In this document: one piece after another, positions 9,775 through 18,271 of the stretch
Layout: every line of letters starts with the position of its first letter
Position numbering within the stretch: the first letter of the stretch is position 1
Origin: Chloroflexota bacterium
GTDB taxonomy: Bacteria > Chloroflexota > UBA11872 > VXOZ01
Reading direction: 5' to 3'
DNA length: 64,000 bases
NCBI GenBank assembly: GCA_963663275.1
Contig: OY760183.1
Span: 1,280,001-1,344,000 of the forward strand
Program-made: the position numbers and the translations under genes
The notes under the pieces: generated by a model
Databases searched by the model: none
Seen by the model: only the letters and a program-made list of their open reading frames with translations
What the model was told of the DNA's origin: nothing

Positions 9775-11124
9775 CTAAGCTCTAACGACGAGTTTCCAGT
9801 TGTAGTGGGCCGAGCCGTTAGCATTTTGGACCCTGCACTTGACATATTGGGCCCCTGGGGATTTCGGGCGGTAATTCAGAGAGTGCGCACGACGAGAATA
9901 AAGCTCGCCGTCAACTAACCACGTATAGCTGAGCGTGGGGTCGGTGTGTTCCTCAGCGTCCAGCGTGGCGTAGCCGATATGGCGGTAGGCGAAGCCGCGG
10001 CCGGGGCCTGGGGTACCGTCGGCTTGCAGCCAGCCTTCCTGCATGTCGCGGGCGGAGTAGTAGAGCGTGTAGCGGCCCGGCTCTTTGAGCACGTGGGGCG
10101 TGGAGGTATAGCGGGCGTCGAAGGCGTCGCGATCGTCGTTCGGGGGAAAGACGGGAAGATTAGAGCGTTCGGTCCATGCCAGGCCGTCGGCTGAGCGGGC
10201 AATCGTGAGGTCGAACCAATCGCCGTAGGCGTCGTCCAGTTGCGCGCGGGTGAAGCGCACGTCGTCGTGCAACGCCGCGCGGTGGCCGCCGTGCCACATG
10301 ACCAAGCCCGGGCCGTCGCGCATGACAAAGGGATAAACGCACGATTTGTAGATGCCCGCCGGTTGGAGCACGTCGGCAATCTCTTCCCAATGGACGCCGT
10401 CGGGCGAGCGCAAGACCATGACGTGGCCGTAGATCGAACTGGGGTCGGGGTCGCCTTCCGGCCGGGCGTTCACCCACATGGTGAAACTGCCGTCGTCCTC
10501 CTGGATGACCGAGGGACAGCGCCCGCTGCGCGTGACCGGCTGCGGGTGAAACTCCCACGCGATGCCGTCCGCGCTTTCGGCGTAGCCTACTTGCTGGGTC
10601 ATCTCCACCAGTTCGCCGACGGCGGTCTGCTCCCAATGGGTGAGCGCCGAGAACCACATGCGGTAGATGCGCCGCTCCAGGTCGTAGAGCACGAACGGAC
10701 TCTGAAAGCACCACCCCCAGCCGACCGCGTCCTGAAACGCCTGGTCGGTGACGATGGGGTTACCGGGATATTCCTCCCAGTGGATGCCGTCGCGCGAGGT
10801 TGCGTAGCCCAGATGGCAGTTGGCGGGCCGCGGCGGGCCGGAGGTGCCAACGTACCACATCTTGTACACGCCGTCGGCGCGAATGACGCCCGGCATGTAG
10901 AGCATCACCCGCGACCAGTCCTGCCTGGTGTTGGTCGTAGAAAGCACCGGCGCCCCCCGCCGCCGCCACCCCTGCTCCACCGGCACGGTCTGCCAAGGCT
11001 CGATCTCCACGCTGAGGTCAACAGTCTCACCCACTGCCAGCGGAATTTCCGGCCCGGTAGGGCTTATAGCTGAGATGCGGGGTACGTACCAGTCAGGTGG
11101 GAGTTCTTGTGACGAATTCGGCAC
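9775..11124 (-). CDS. Five-bladed beta-propeller glycoside-hydrolase-like protein with an Ig/PKD-like domain
   Basis: Repeated blades P.V...Y.MWY...GYA.S.DG..W (YATSRDGIHW, YAESADGIAW, LRSPDGVHW, ARSADGLAW). Confidence 0.75.
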   Translation of the reverse strand: MPNSSQELPPDWYVPRISAISPTGPEIPLAVGETVDLSVEIEPWQTVPVEQGWRRRGAPVLSTTNTRQDWSRVMLYMPGVIRADGVYKMWYVGTSGPPRPANCHLGYATSRDGIHWEEYPGNPIVTDQAFQDAVGWGWCFQSPFVLYDLERRIYRMWFSALTHWEQTAVGELVEMTQQVGYAESADGIAWEFHPQPVTRSGRCPSVIQEDDGSFTMWVNARPEGDPDPSSIYGHVMVLRSPDGVHWEEIADVLQPAGIYKSCVYPFVMRDGPGLVMWHGGHRAALHDDVRFTRAQLDDAYGDWFDLTIARSADGLAWTERSNLPVFPPNDDRDAFDARYTSTPHVLKEPGRYTLYYSARDMQEGWLQADGTPGPGRGFAYRHIGYATLDAEEHTDPTLSYTWLVDGELYSRRAHSLNYRPKSPGAQYVKCRVQNANGSAHYNWKLVVRA

Positions 11125-11163
11125 TAGCAGGCTCCTTAGTCCAAGCTCATCCGAAAGCGATTG

Positions 11164-11934
11164 TCATTGAATGTGTGGATCCTTTTGTGCTACGGGCACT
11201 TGCCGCCATTGGCGGCCGTCGATCACAGCAGCGTCTCCGCCGCGTTTGTTTCTCGCCCCTCCAAGCTGCTTCAAGAAGAATGCAATCTTGAAGTCTGCGG
11301 TCTGGTCGCGCAGGCTTCGTACCCAGTCTAGCTCCATGGGCCTAGCGCCGAAGCCGCTCTCTCCCCCGGCTATTACCCACTGAAGCGTACCGTCTCTTAG
11401 CCAGGGGGTTAGCTCGATCTGTTCCAACAAAGGTTCGGCAGAGACGAACCGTATGGGTGCAGGCAGTCGCGCAAGGACGGTGAGGCGTGGAGCATACTTC
11501 TGGTTTTCTACAGATGTGCCGATCCAAATGTTAGGGTGCCAGCCATCGGGAAAGAATTCTTCGTATTGCTTCCACCAACCAACAGCTCTGCCCGGTCTCT
11601 TCGTTAACACTTGGAAAATGTGACCGCGCTCCAATGCCGCTTGCTCCATCACTCTGAACATCTCGAATACGAACTCAAAAGGGACACGGGGATGGAAGAG
11701 ATCAGACATACTATTGACAAATACACGCCTTGGCCTTTTCCATGTTAGCGGTAGGCTCAATCGCTCAGGCAGCAATTGAACATCGCTTGGAGCGGTACCG
11801 TATCCTTTAACCCCCATGCCCTTTAGGCGCGGATACATCGCGTACATGTAGCAATTGTCGCAGCCGGGCGAAACGCGCGTGCAGCCCGTTACCGGATTCC
11901 AGGTTTCGTCTGTCCATTCAATTGCGGACGGCAT
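11164..11934 (-). CDS. DUF5131 / phage Gp37-Gp68 family protein (three-Cys, radical-SAM-like)
   Basis: IEWTDETWNPVTGCTRVSPGCDNCY, FVNSMSDLFH, FQVLTKRP, FVSAEPLL, WVIAGGESG, FFLKQLGG. Confidence 0.93.
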   Translation of the reverse strand: MPSAIEWTDETWNPVTGCTRVSPGCDNCYMYAMYPRLKGMGVKGYGTAPSDVQLLPERLSLPLTWKRPRRVFVNSMSDLFHPRVPFEFVFEMFRVMEQAALERGHIFQVLTKRPGRAVGWWKQYEEFFPDGWHPNIWIGTSVENQKYAPRLTVLARLPAPIRFVSAEPLLEQIELTPWLRDGTLQWVIAGGESGFGARPMELDWVRSLRDQTADFKIAFFLKQLGGARNKRGGDAAVIDGRQWRQVPVAQKDPHIQ

Positions 11935-12010
11935 GTCAGAAACCCTATTGGAGAGTTTGGGAATTACCCTCTTCCGCCTGTTTGATTCAGGCAGCCGCTA
12001 TTTTTCACAT

Positions 12011-12598
12011 TCATCCACTGGAGCTCGAGGAAATGAAGTCCTTCACCAATTTCCCCGCGTCAGCGACATTCCTGCCAATAGTGAGCCTATTCGCCCATCT
12101 TCTGCCGGGATGCAGCGTATCCCACCAGCTTCGTTGGCTATTCCGCCGGCCACTACCCGGGTCGTGATCGCCAAAACCCTCCAGGCACAGATTCCACACC
12201 GGCTTGTAGTAGTCGATCAGGAATCGTTCCGCCAGGGTGATCCAGACCGGGACGACAGCCAAGTAGCGACAGGAGAAATCGGATACTTCAAGGTTGCTCG
12301 CCTCGCTGATGGACTTGGCATGCTCTCTGATTCTGCGCTGCAATGCAGGGCTTCCTACATCCACCTGTTCCCCTTTTCGCGAACCGGGCGGTACAGCCTT
12401 GCCAACGTAAATCGGTCTCTCACTACCCGATATCGGCGTGTAGACGGGCAATGATCCCGAGTAGAACAATGCGTATATCCCTGGTCCGGCGACACCCGCA
12501 ATGCCGTCCAGGCGTTCTTTGGTTTGCTTCTCGAAATGCAGAACCATCCCCGCCATGAGGTTGTCATACGTAAGCGGATCGTAAAGTTCGACCGTCAT
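12011..12598 (-). CDS. Eco29kI-family GIY-YIG restriction endonuclease
   Basis: GPGIYALFYSG, PIYVGKAVPPGSRKG, RIREHAKSI, LAERFLI..YKPVWN, GFGDHDPGSGR, WDTLHPGRRWA. Confidence 0.92.
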   Translation of the reverse strand: MTVELYDPLTYDNLMAGMVLHFEKQTKERLDGIAGVAGPGIYALFYSGSLPVYTPISGSERPIYVGKAVPPGSRKGEQVDVGSPALQRRIREHAKSISEASNLEVSDFSCRYLAVVPVWITLAERFLIDYYKPVWNLCLEGFGDHDPGSGRRNSQRSWWDTLHPGRRWANRLTIGRNVADAGKLVKDFISSSSSG

Positions 12599-13914
12599 AG
12601 GCAGCGCATTTCGATGACGGATTCGTACAGTCGATGCCCGTTCACGGCGCCCGCGCGCACGCTGGAATTGATGATACTGTTCCCCACGCGCGTTCCTCGC
12701 GGCACGTGGATATCAACGATTTTGAAGCCATGCGTTTCTGCGATCCTAGCCAGGAAGCGATCCGTTGGGATTGGGACGCCCTGCAAGATGCTGTTGCCAA
12801 TCACAATCAGAGCGGTTGCGCCGGGTTTGAGGCACCAACTCGCCCCCCGTGCGAAACGGGCGCAATCGTTGAAGTACAGCGCCGCATAGTTGGCCCAACC
12901 ATGCCCGCCGTAGATTCCTTTCTCTGGGTTCTTTTTGCGCACCAGGTCGAGTGTGCGCTCGATATCGCCATCTCCAATCGATGGATCTAGCTCGACGTTT
13001 TCCCGATCTCGGGCATTCTGCCAATAGGTGCCGAAGTTCATCTTCTCCAAGCGCTTGAAGTCCTTCGGAGAACGACAAAACCCCAACCAATAGAGATGCG
13101 GTCGTGTATTCCGATTGTAGTGATAATTGTTGAGATAGGGCGGCGAGGTAATGAGCAAGTCTATGCTTTGCTGGCCGACGTTGTGAAAACCATCGAAGAA
13201 GGACTGTTCCAAGACGCGGCCATTCCGCCGCTCGCTTGCGATCCTTGCGCGGCGGTACCAAGCCACGTCGTCTGCCATCTGCGAAACCTTCTTGGTCAAC
13301 GCCTCAGCCACGGGGAAATCATCCACTTCGGGACGTCCGACAGTCACTTTGCGGCCCAGACTTGGTTCGTACGAGTAATTGGAGAAGTCAACCATCGATG
13401 ACGCAAATGCGAGCCGAAAGATATCTGCAAGGCGCGCATCTTGCTCGCCGATGAAGTCCAGCGCCAGCAGCACTTTACGCTCGACTCTGGAACTATAGAA
13501 CGGGGAGCGTGTGCGGAATCCGGGGGGAGGTTGGGTACGAGGTCCGACATCATCTTGGAGAGCATTGCGCATGAATGCGCGAAACGCTTCAACTGTTTCC
13601 CGCAAAGTGTCTGGGTCTAGCCGATGCGCGTTCAGCTTCGTTTGCGAAGCAAAGGCAGCGTAGGGATTAATCTCAAAGCCAACGGCTTCATGCCCGGCAA
13701 GGTCGGCTTCAACGAGGGTGGTCCCAACACCGGCGAATGGGTCCAGGACCACACACTGACCATTCGTGTAACGGGCGATGGCGTCTTCAACGAAGTGCTT
13801 CGAGTAGCCGGCAATCCAGGGAACCCACCGGTGAACCGGCGCGTCCCGGTTTGCCATGAAGGCCGGGTCGCGAAAGGCGCTTTCATCGATCTGCAAGGCA
13901 ATTTGAGCGCCCAT
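12595..13914 (-). CDS. DNA amino-methyltransferase, likely N4-cytosine, alpha motif order
   Basis: Motif I VLDPFAGVGTT precedes catalytic motif IV ITSPPY; stop overlaps the nuclease start (ATGA); alternative start at 13941. Confidence 0.88.
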   Translation of the reverse strand: MGAQIALQIDESAFRDPAFMANRDAPVHRWVPWIAGYSKHFVEDAIARYTNGQCVVLDPFAGVGTTLVEADLAGHEAVGFEINPYAAFASQTKLNAHRLDPDTLRETVEAFRAFMRNALQDDVGPRTQPPPGFRTRSPFYSSRVERKVLLALDFIGEQDARLADIFRLAFASSMVDFSNYSYEPSLGRKVTVGRPEVDDFPVAEALTKKVSQMADDVAWYRRARIASERRNGRVLEQSFFDGFHNVGQQSIDLLITSPPYLNNYHYNRNTRPHLYWLGFCRSPKDFKRLEKMNFGTYWQNARDRENVELDPSIGDGDIERTLDLVRKKNPEKGIYGGHGWANYAALYFNDCARFARGASWCLKPGATALIVIGNSILQGVPIPTDRFLARIAETHGFKIVDIHVPRGTRVGNSIINSSVRAGAVNGHRLYESVIEMRCL

Positions 13915-13947
13915 ACCGTCAACTTTCCAAGGTGAGCACACCCATCG

Positions 13948-15489
13948 CTACCGCGAGTAGTTCGGCGCTTCTTTGGTCAGAATCACGTCGTGGGGGTGGG
14001 CTTCGCGGAGGCCGGCGGGGGACATGCGGACGAAGCGGGCGTCGGTTTTCATATCCTGGATAGTGGCGGCGCCGCAGTAGCCCATGGCCTGGCGCAGGCC
14101 GCCGACCAGTTGGGTGACCATGGCCGCAAGCGGGCCTTTGTACTGCACGCGGCCCTCGATGCCTTCCGGCACCAGTTTCGATTCCTCGCCGATGTAGTCC
14201 TGGAAGTAGCGGTCGCGGCTGGCGGTGCGCGCCTTCATCGCGCCCAGCGAGCCCATGCCGCGGTACTCTTTGAACTGCTCGCCTTGGTAGAGCACCACCT
14301 CGCCGGGGCTTTCTTCCACGCCGGCGAAGAGCGAGCCGATCATCACCGTATCCGCGCCCGCGGCAATCGCCTTGGCCACGTCGCCGGCGAACTGGATGCC
14401 GCCGTCGGCGATCACGGGGATGCCGTATTGGGTGGCGACGCCGGCCACGTCGGCAATGGCCGTAATCTGGGGCACGCCGGTGCCGGTCACGACCCGCGTG
14501 GTGCAGATGGAGGCCGGCCCCACACCGACTTTCAAGGCGTCGGCCCCCGCCTCTATAAGGTCTTCCGCCGCGGCGGCCGTGGCGATGTTGCCGGCGATCA
14601 CCGGCACGTCGAACAACGTCTTGAGCTTGCGCAGCGTCTCGATGACGCCGGCCGAGTGGCCGTGGGCGCTGTCCAGCACCAGCACGTCAACGCCGGCCGC
14701 CACCGTTTCCTGGGCGCGCTCGATGCCTTCCACGTTCGTGCCCACGGCCGCGCCCACGCGCAGGCGGCCTTTTTCGTCCTTGGTCGCCAGCGGAAACTGG
14801 ATCTTCTTGGCGATGTCCTTGACCGTAATCAACCCTTTGAGCATGAAAGCGTCGTCCACCACCGGCACTTTCTCGATGCGGTGGCGGCGCAGGATTTCTT
14901 TTGCCTCTTCCAGCGTGGTGCCGACGGGGACGGTGACGAGATTCTCTTTCGTCATCACGTTCACCACCGGCTGGTCGAGATTTTCCTCGAAGCGGATGTC
15001 GCGGTTGGTGAGGATGCCGACCAGCTTGCCGTTCTCGGTGATGGGCACGCCGGAGATGTGGTAGCGTTCCATCAGGTCCACCGCCTGGCGCACGGTGGCG
15101 TTGGGCCCCAGGGTGATCGGATCCACGATCATGCCGGCTTCCGAACGCTTGACCTTGTCCACCTCGGCGGCTTGGACGTCTACCGCCAGGTTGCGGTGAA
15201 TCACGCCGAGGCCGCCCTCCCGCGCCAGCGCAATCGCCAGCCGCGCTTCGGTGACGGTATCCATGGCGGCGGAGATCAGCGGGATATTGAGCGCAATCGC
15301 CGGGGTCAGCCGCGCGCGGGTGTCGGCGTCTTTGGGCAGCACGGCGGAATAGGCGGGAATGAGCACAACGTCGTCGAAGGTCAGGCCCTGCTTAACCAGC
15401 TTGGCGTCGGACGCGGGTTCGTTGGTGGGAGCAAGGGGCTCAGGCGCGGCGCTCAGGCCCGTTCTCCCGGCGGCATCGTTCCGTATCAC
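13948..15489 (-). CDS. guaB: IMP dehydrogenase with CBS pair
   Basis: [46 protein letters not shown]; exact start uncertain. Confidence 0.97.
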   Translation of the reverse strand: MIRNDAAGRTGLSAAPEPLAPTNEPASDAKLVKQGLTFDDVVLIPAYSAVLPKDADTRARLTPAIALNIPLISAAMDTVTEARLAIALAREGGLGVIHRNLAVDVQAAEVDKVKRSEAGMIVDPITLGPNATVRQAVDLMERYHISGVPITENGKLVGILTNRDIRFEENLDQPVVNVMTKENLVTVPVGTTLEEAKEILRRHRIEKVPVVDDAFMLKGLITVKDIAKKIQFPLATKDEKGRLRVGAAVGTNVEGIERAQETVAAGVDVLVLDSAHGHSAGVIETLRKLKTLFDVPVIAGNIATAAAAEDLIEAGADALKVGVGPASICTTRVVTGTGVPQITAIADVAGVATQYGIPVIADGGIQFAGDVAKAIAAGADTVMIGSLFAGVEESPGEVVLYQGEQFKEYRGMGSLGAMKARTASRDRYFQDYIGEESKLVPEGIEGRVQYKGPLAAMVTQLVGGLRQAMGYCGAATIQDMKTDARFVRMSPAGLREAHPHDVILTKEAPNYSR

Positions 15490-15631
15490 CGGCAGTCTCT
15501 CCTCTGGTGCAAAGGGGATGGCTCACGCGTGCGGGGACCTCTTGGGGTCTATTATACGGTACGGCGCTGGCGTTCGGAGGAGATTCTGCCGAGGTACGGA
15601 GAAAACCGTCCAATTTCCTTGACCGCGCCCC

Positions 15632-15661
15632 TTGCAATCGACAAGCTACTTAGATATTCTA
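15632..15661 (+). promoter_or_regulatory. Sigma70-type promoter with overlapping PadR-like operator (probably leaderless padR mRNA)
   Basis: TTGCAA-17 nt-TATTCT ending 6 nt before ATG 15667; inverted repeat TAGA-tat-TCTA (15651-15661) overlaps the -10. Confidence 0.55.
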
Positions 15662-15666
15662 TATAC

Positions 15667-16041
15667 ATGTTACGCGAATTACGCAAAGGCACGGCCAGCC
15701 TGCTGCTGCTCGACCTGCTGGCGGCGCGGCCCATGTACGGGTTCGAGCTTGCCGAGGCGCTGCGGGAGCGCACCAACGGCGTGCTCGCCTTCAAGGAGGG
15801 CACGCTCTACCCGGCGCTGCACCGTCTGGAAGCCGAGGGGCTGGTGACGCCCTACTGGCAAGACAGCCCGCGCGGGCCGCGCCGCCGCTACTACCGCCTG
15901 ACGGCGCGCGGCCGCCAGGCGCTGGATGAACGCCGCGCACAGTGGCGCACACTGGTGGAGGCTATCGATGGCGCGCTTGACACCGGAAACGAAACGCTTT
16001 CTCCGCAAGGCCGTGGCGGGACTGCCCCCGCCGAAACGTAA
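15667..16041 (+). CDS. PadR family transcriptional regulator
   Basis: ELRKGTASLLLL.LL..RPMYGFEL, EGTLYPALHRLEAEG, PRRRYYRLT; this is the 3' end of the 13990..16041 ORF. Confidence 0.93.
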   Translation: MLRELRKGTASLLLLDLLAARPMYGFELAEALRERTNGVLAFKEGTLYPALHRLEAEGLVTPYWQDSPRGPRRRYYRLTARGRQALDERRAQWRTLVEAIDGALDTGNETLSPQGRGGTAPAET

Positions 16042-17143
16042 AGAGGCCAGAGACGAATTGCGCGCGCACCTGGCGGACGCTATCGAGCACCGGGTGGCGC
16101 GGGGCGCTGAACATGCGCAAGCGGAGCGGGAAGCCGTCGCGGCCTTGGGCGAGGTGGAGACGCTCAACCGCGGACTGCTCCGCGCGCACTATGGCAGGAA
16201 GTGGCTGGTTCACATCTTGCTCCACACGTTCGGCTGGTGGATTCCGGAATTGCCGCGCATCCGCTTGCGCCCGAAATTCGCGATCTGGAAGTATGCGAGC
16301 AAGTACCGCCGCCAGTATGCTGAGGGCCGTTACGACGAGATTATCGCACGCTTAGAACGGGAACTTGCGTCGCCAAACCGCGACGACGACCTGCACAGCG
16401 ATCTTGGCTTGGCATACAACGCCATCGGCGAGCATGAGCGCGCGTTGACGCACCTGCAAGCGGCTGTGGACTGGTACAAGGCGCATCCGGCGTTGCAGAA
16501 GTCTGACGATGGGAGAGACGTGGGACTGGCGGGCGCTTACAGCAATCTGGCCGGTGTTCTGGAAACGTTGGGCAGAGAGGACGAGGCTGAGGCGGCGGTC
16601 CAAGCCGGGCTCGCGGCGGACGATAGGCTCTTTCTGCTGAACTTCCAGCAGGCGAGCTTCTGCCTGAGGCGTGGAGACCGTGACGGGGTTCTTGCTCATC
16701 TCGAAGCGTCCCTGAGTCAGAATGACAGCGATATGACAAAGGGCGGTCACGGCAGGACGCTCCTCCTCATTCTGTGCGCATCAGACTATGACGCCTTGCG
16801 CCCGGATCCGCGCTTTAGCGCGCTCGCCTATCGTGCCTACCGCAGCCTGCCCGATGCACATAAGACTTTGGGAAGTGAATACGAGGAACTGGCGGCCATG
16901 CCGAGCGGCCTTGCCGTGGACGGCCAGGACTTCCTGCACAACTGCCAGCAGGCAAGAAGCCGCCTTGAGCGGGGCGACATAGACGGCGCTTTCCATCATC
17001 TTGAAGCGTGCTTGGACGCTACCGTGAAAAACGGCAATCCTGGGGCAATCCTCCTGCTTGTATTGAGCGCCGCTACGTTCGACCCCTTGCGCAAAGAGTC
17101 GCGGTTCGACCGCCTGCTGGACCGGGCCTACTCCAGCCGGTAG
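15968..17143 (+). CDS. HAAS / permease-prefix-domain protein with TPR repeats
   Basis: N-terminal EARDELRAHLADAI..G....AEREAVAALG signature; TPR-like LGLAYNAIGEHERAL and AYSNLAGVLETLGREDEAE; overlaps padR. Confidence 0.75.
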   Translation: MARLTPETKRFLRKAVAGLPPPKRKEARDELRAHLADAIEHRVARGAEHAQAEREAVAALGEVETLNRGLLRAHYGRKWLVHILLHTFGWWIPELPRIRLRPKFAIWKYASKYRRQYAEGRYDEIIARLERELASPNRDDDLHSDLGLAYNAIGEHERALTHLQAAVDWYKAHPALQKSDDGRDVGLAGAYSNLAGVLETLGREDEAEAAVQAGLAADDRLFLLNFQQASFCLRRGDRDGVLAHLEASLSQNDSDMTKGGHGRTLLLILCASDYDALRPDPRFSALAYRAYRSLPDAHKTLGSEYEELAAMPSGLAVDGQDFLHNCQQARSRLERGDIDGAFHHLEACLDATVKNGNPGAILLLVLSAATFDPLRKESRFDRLLDRAYSSR

Positions 17144-17266
17144 CATCGTCCAGCCGCTTTCCGTCTCCCAGCCTTGCGCCGATATGCCGCCGGGACCGGT
17201 AGCGCGTTCCGCAAGCCGCGGCGCGCCCAGATGTGGTCGCGTAAACGGAGCGCGGGGGCTTGTCCC

Positions 17267-17441
17267 CAATGCTGTCGCATTAACTTCTGACTAAGGCAAC
17301 CACGCAGAACCCGCGCTGCTAATGCGCTTGATCTCTCGTCAACCCGGTGTAAGGGCATGACATGTCGTGCCCCTACACCGGGTTGACAAGCCGCGTAGGG
17401 GCTCATACTCGTGACTCTCTACTCTTAATGCGACGGCATTG
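17267..17441. mobile_element. MITE family B (175 bp) inserted in a REP
   Basis: CAATGCTGTCGCATTAA...TTAATGCGACGGCATTG with 11-bp TSD GGGCTTGTCCC (17256-17266, 17442-17452). Confidence 0.85.
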
Positions 17442-17578
17442 GGGCTTGTCCCCCGCCGGAGCACGCGGAACTGCCGCCAAGAGAGCAGCACGGGGCGTGC
17501 ATTAGTGACTCTCGCTGCGGGATAGTCAGGGCGGCAACATTGAGGGAGCGCCCCTCTGCTCCCTGAGAGTTGGCCGCA

Positions 17579-17606
17579 TTGGCGCTCCTCTACGCTGTGC
17601 TAGTAT
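17579..17606 (+). promoter_or_regulatory. Putative extended -10 promoter
   Basis: TTGGCG-16 nt-TAGTAT with TGn immediately upstream of the -10. Confidence 0.4.
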
Positions 17607-17781
17607 GAGCCTATAGTTCCCCTTTCCTCTGAATCAGGAATCTACCGCGAAAGTGTCGAGAAGGTTGGACAGAGCGCCGCTCATGGTTGGAGTCTACGGC
17701 AAGCCCGGCGCCGGCACGGTTAGCCAGGAGTGGAAGCGACACTTGTCCGTGTCCCTGGCCCGCATCCGTTCATCCTTCGAC

Positions 17782-18168
17782 AGGCTCAGGACGAACGGAA
17801 GCAACAGTCGTCTTGGGACGAGCGGATGCGACCGTCGGCTCAGGACGAACGGATGCGACCGTCGGCTTGGGACGGACGGATGCTACTGTTGGCTTGGGAC
17901 GGACGGATGCGACACTCGGCTTAGGAGACCTTTGCGTAACGCCGTCATTCCGGCGAAAGCCGGAATCCAGGGAGCTTTTTCAACTAAAGATTGCAAAGAG
18001 CCAAGCCGTTTCACACCCATCCCAACCTTCCCCCTCAATGGGGAAGGGGTAATACAGAGGTCTTTTAGGACGAACGGATGCTGTTTTCGGCTTAGGTCGA
18101 ATGGATGCTACTCTCGGGTGAGAACGAACGGATGCTTCTCTCGGCTCGAGATGAACGGATGCGCTGCT
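17782..18168. repeat. Nine-unit 27-bp tandem array interrupted by a MITE
   Basis: Core CGGCTYRGGACGAACGGATGC + 6 variable nt; units start at 17782, 17809, 17836, 17863, 17890, 17917 (split), 18088, 18115 and 18142. Confidence 0.9.
17925..18064. mobile_element. MITE family A (140 bp) with 4-bp TSD TTAG
   Basis: GAGACCTTTGCGTAAC...GTAATACAGAGGTCTT; TTAG at 17921-17924 and 18065-18068; removing the insert restores a 27-bp repeat unit. Confidence 0.88.
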
Positions 18169-18271
18169 TGCGCTAGATGCTTCTCTAGCGCGTGCCGTTG
18201 GCTCATAAGCATCGTCCTTTCCGTCTTTCCCGCCAATGCCGCTGTTCCCGCGTACTGCGCGCCATCTCATC

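Noticed and set aside
11164-11934. Prophage, suggested by the Gp37/Gp68 label
   Set aside because: No integrase, structural, replication or lysis genes nearby
15490-15560. Purine riboswitch upstream of guaB
   Set aside because: Only a TATAAT (minus strand, 15551-15556) and a short leader; no purine aptamer core recognised
13990-15666. 683-aa ORF as a long PadR fusion
   Set aside because: The upstream part is the antisense shadow of guaB; padR has its own ATG and promoter at 15667
17782-18168. CRISPR array
   Set aside because: Variable parts are only 6 nt and related to each other, the repeats are degenerate and derived from a REP arm, and no cas genes are in the window
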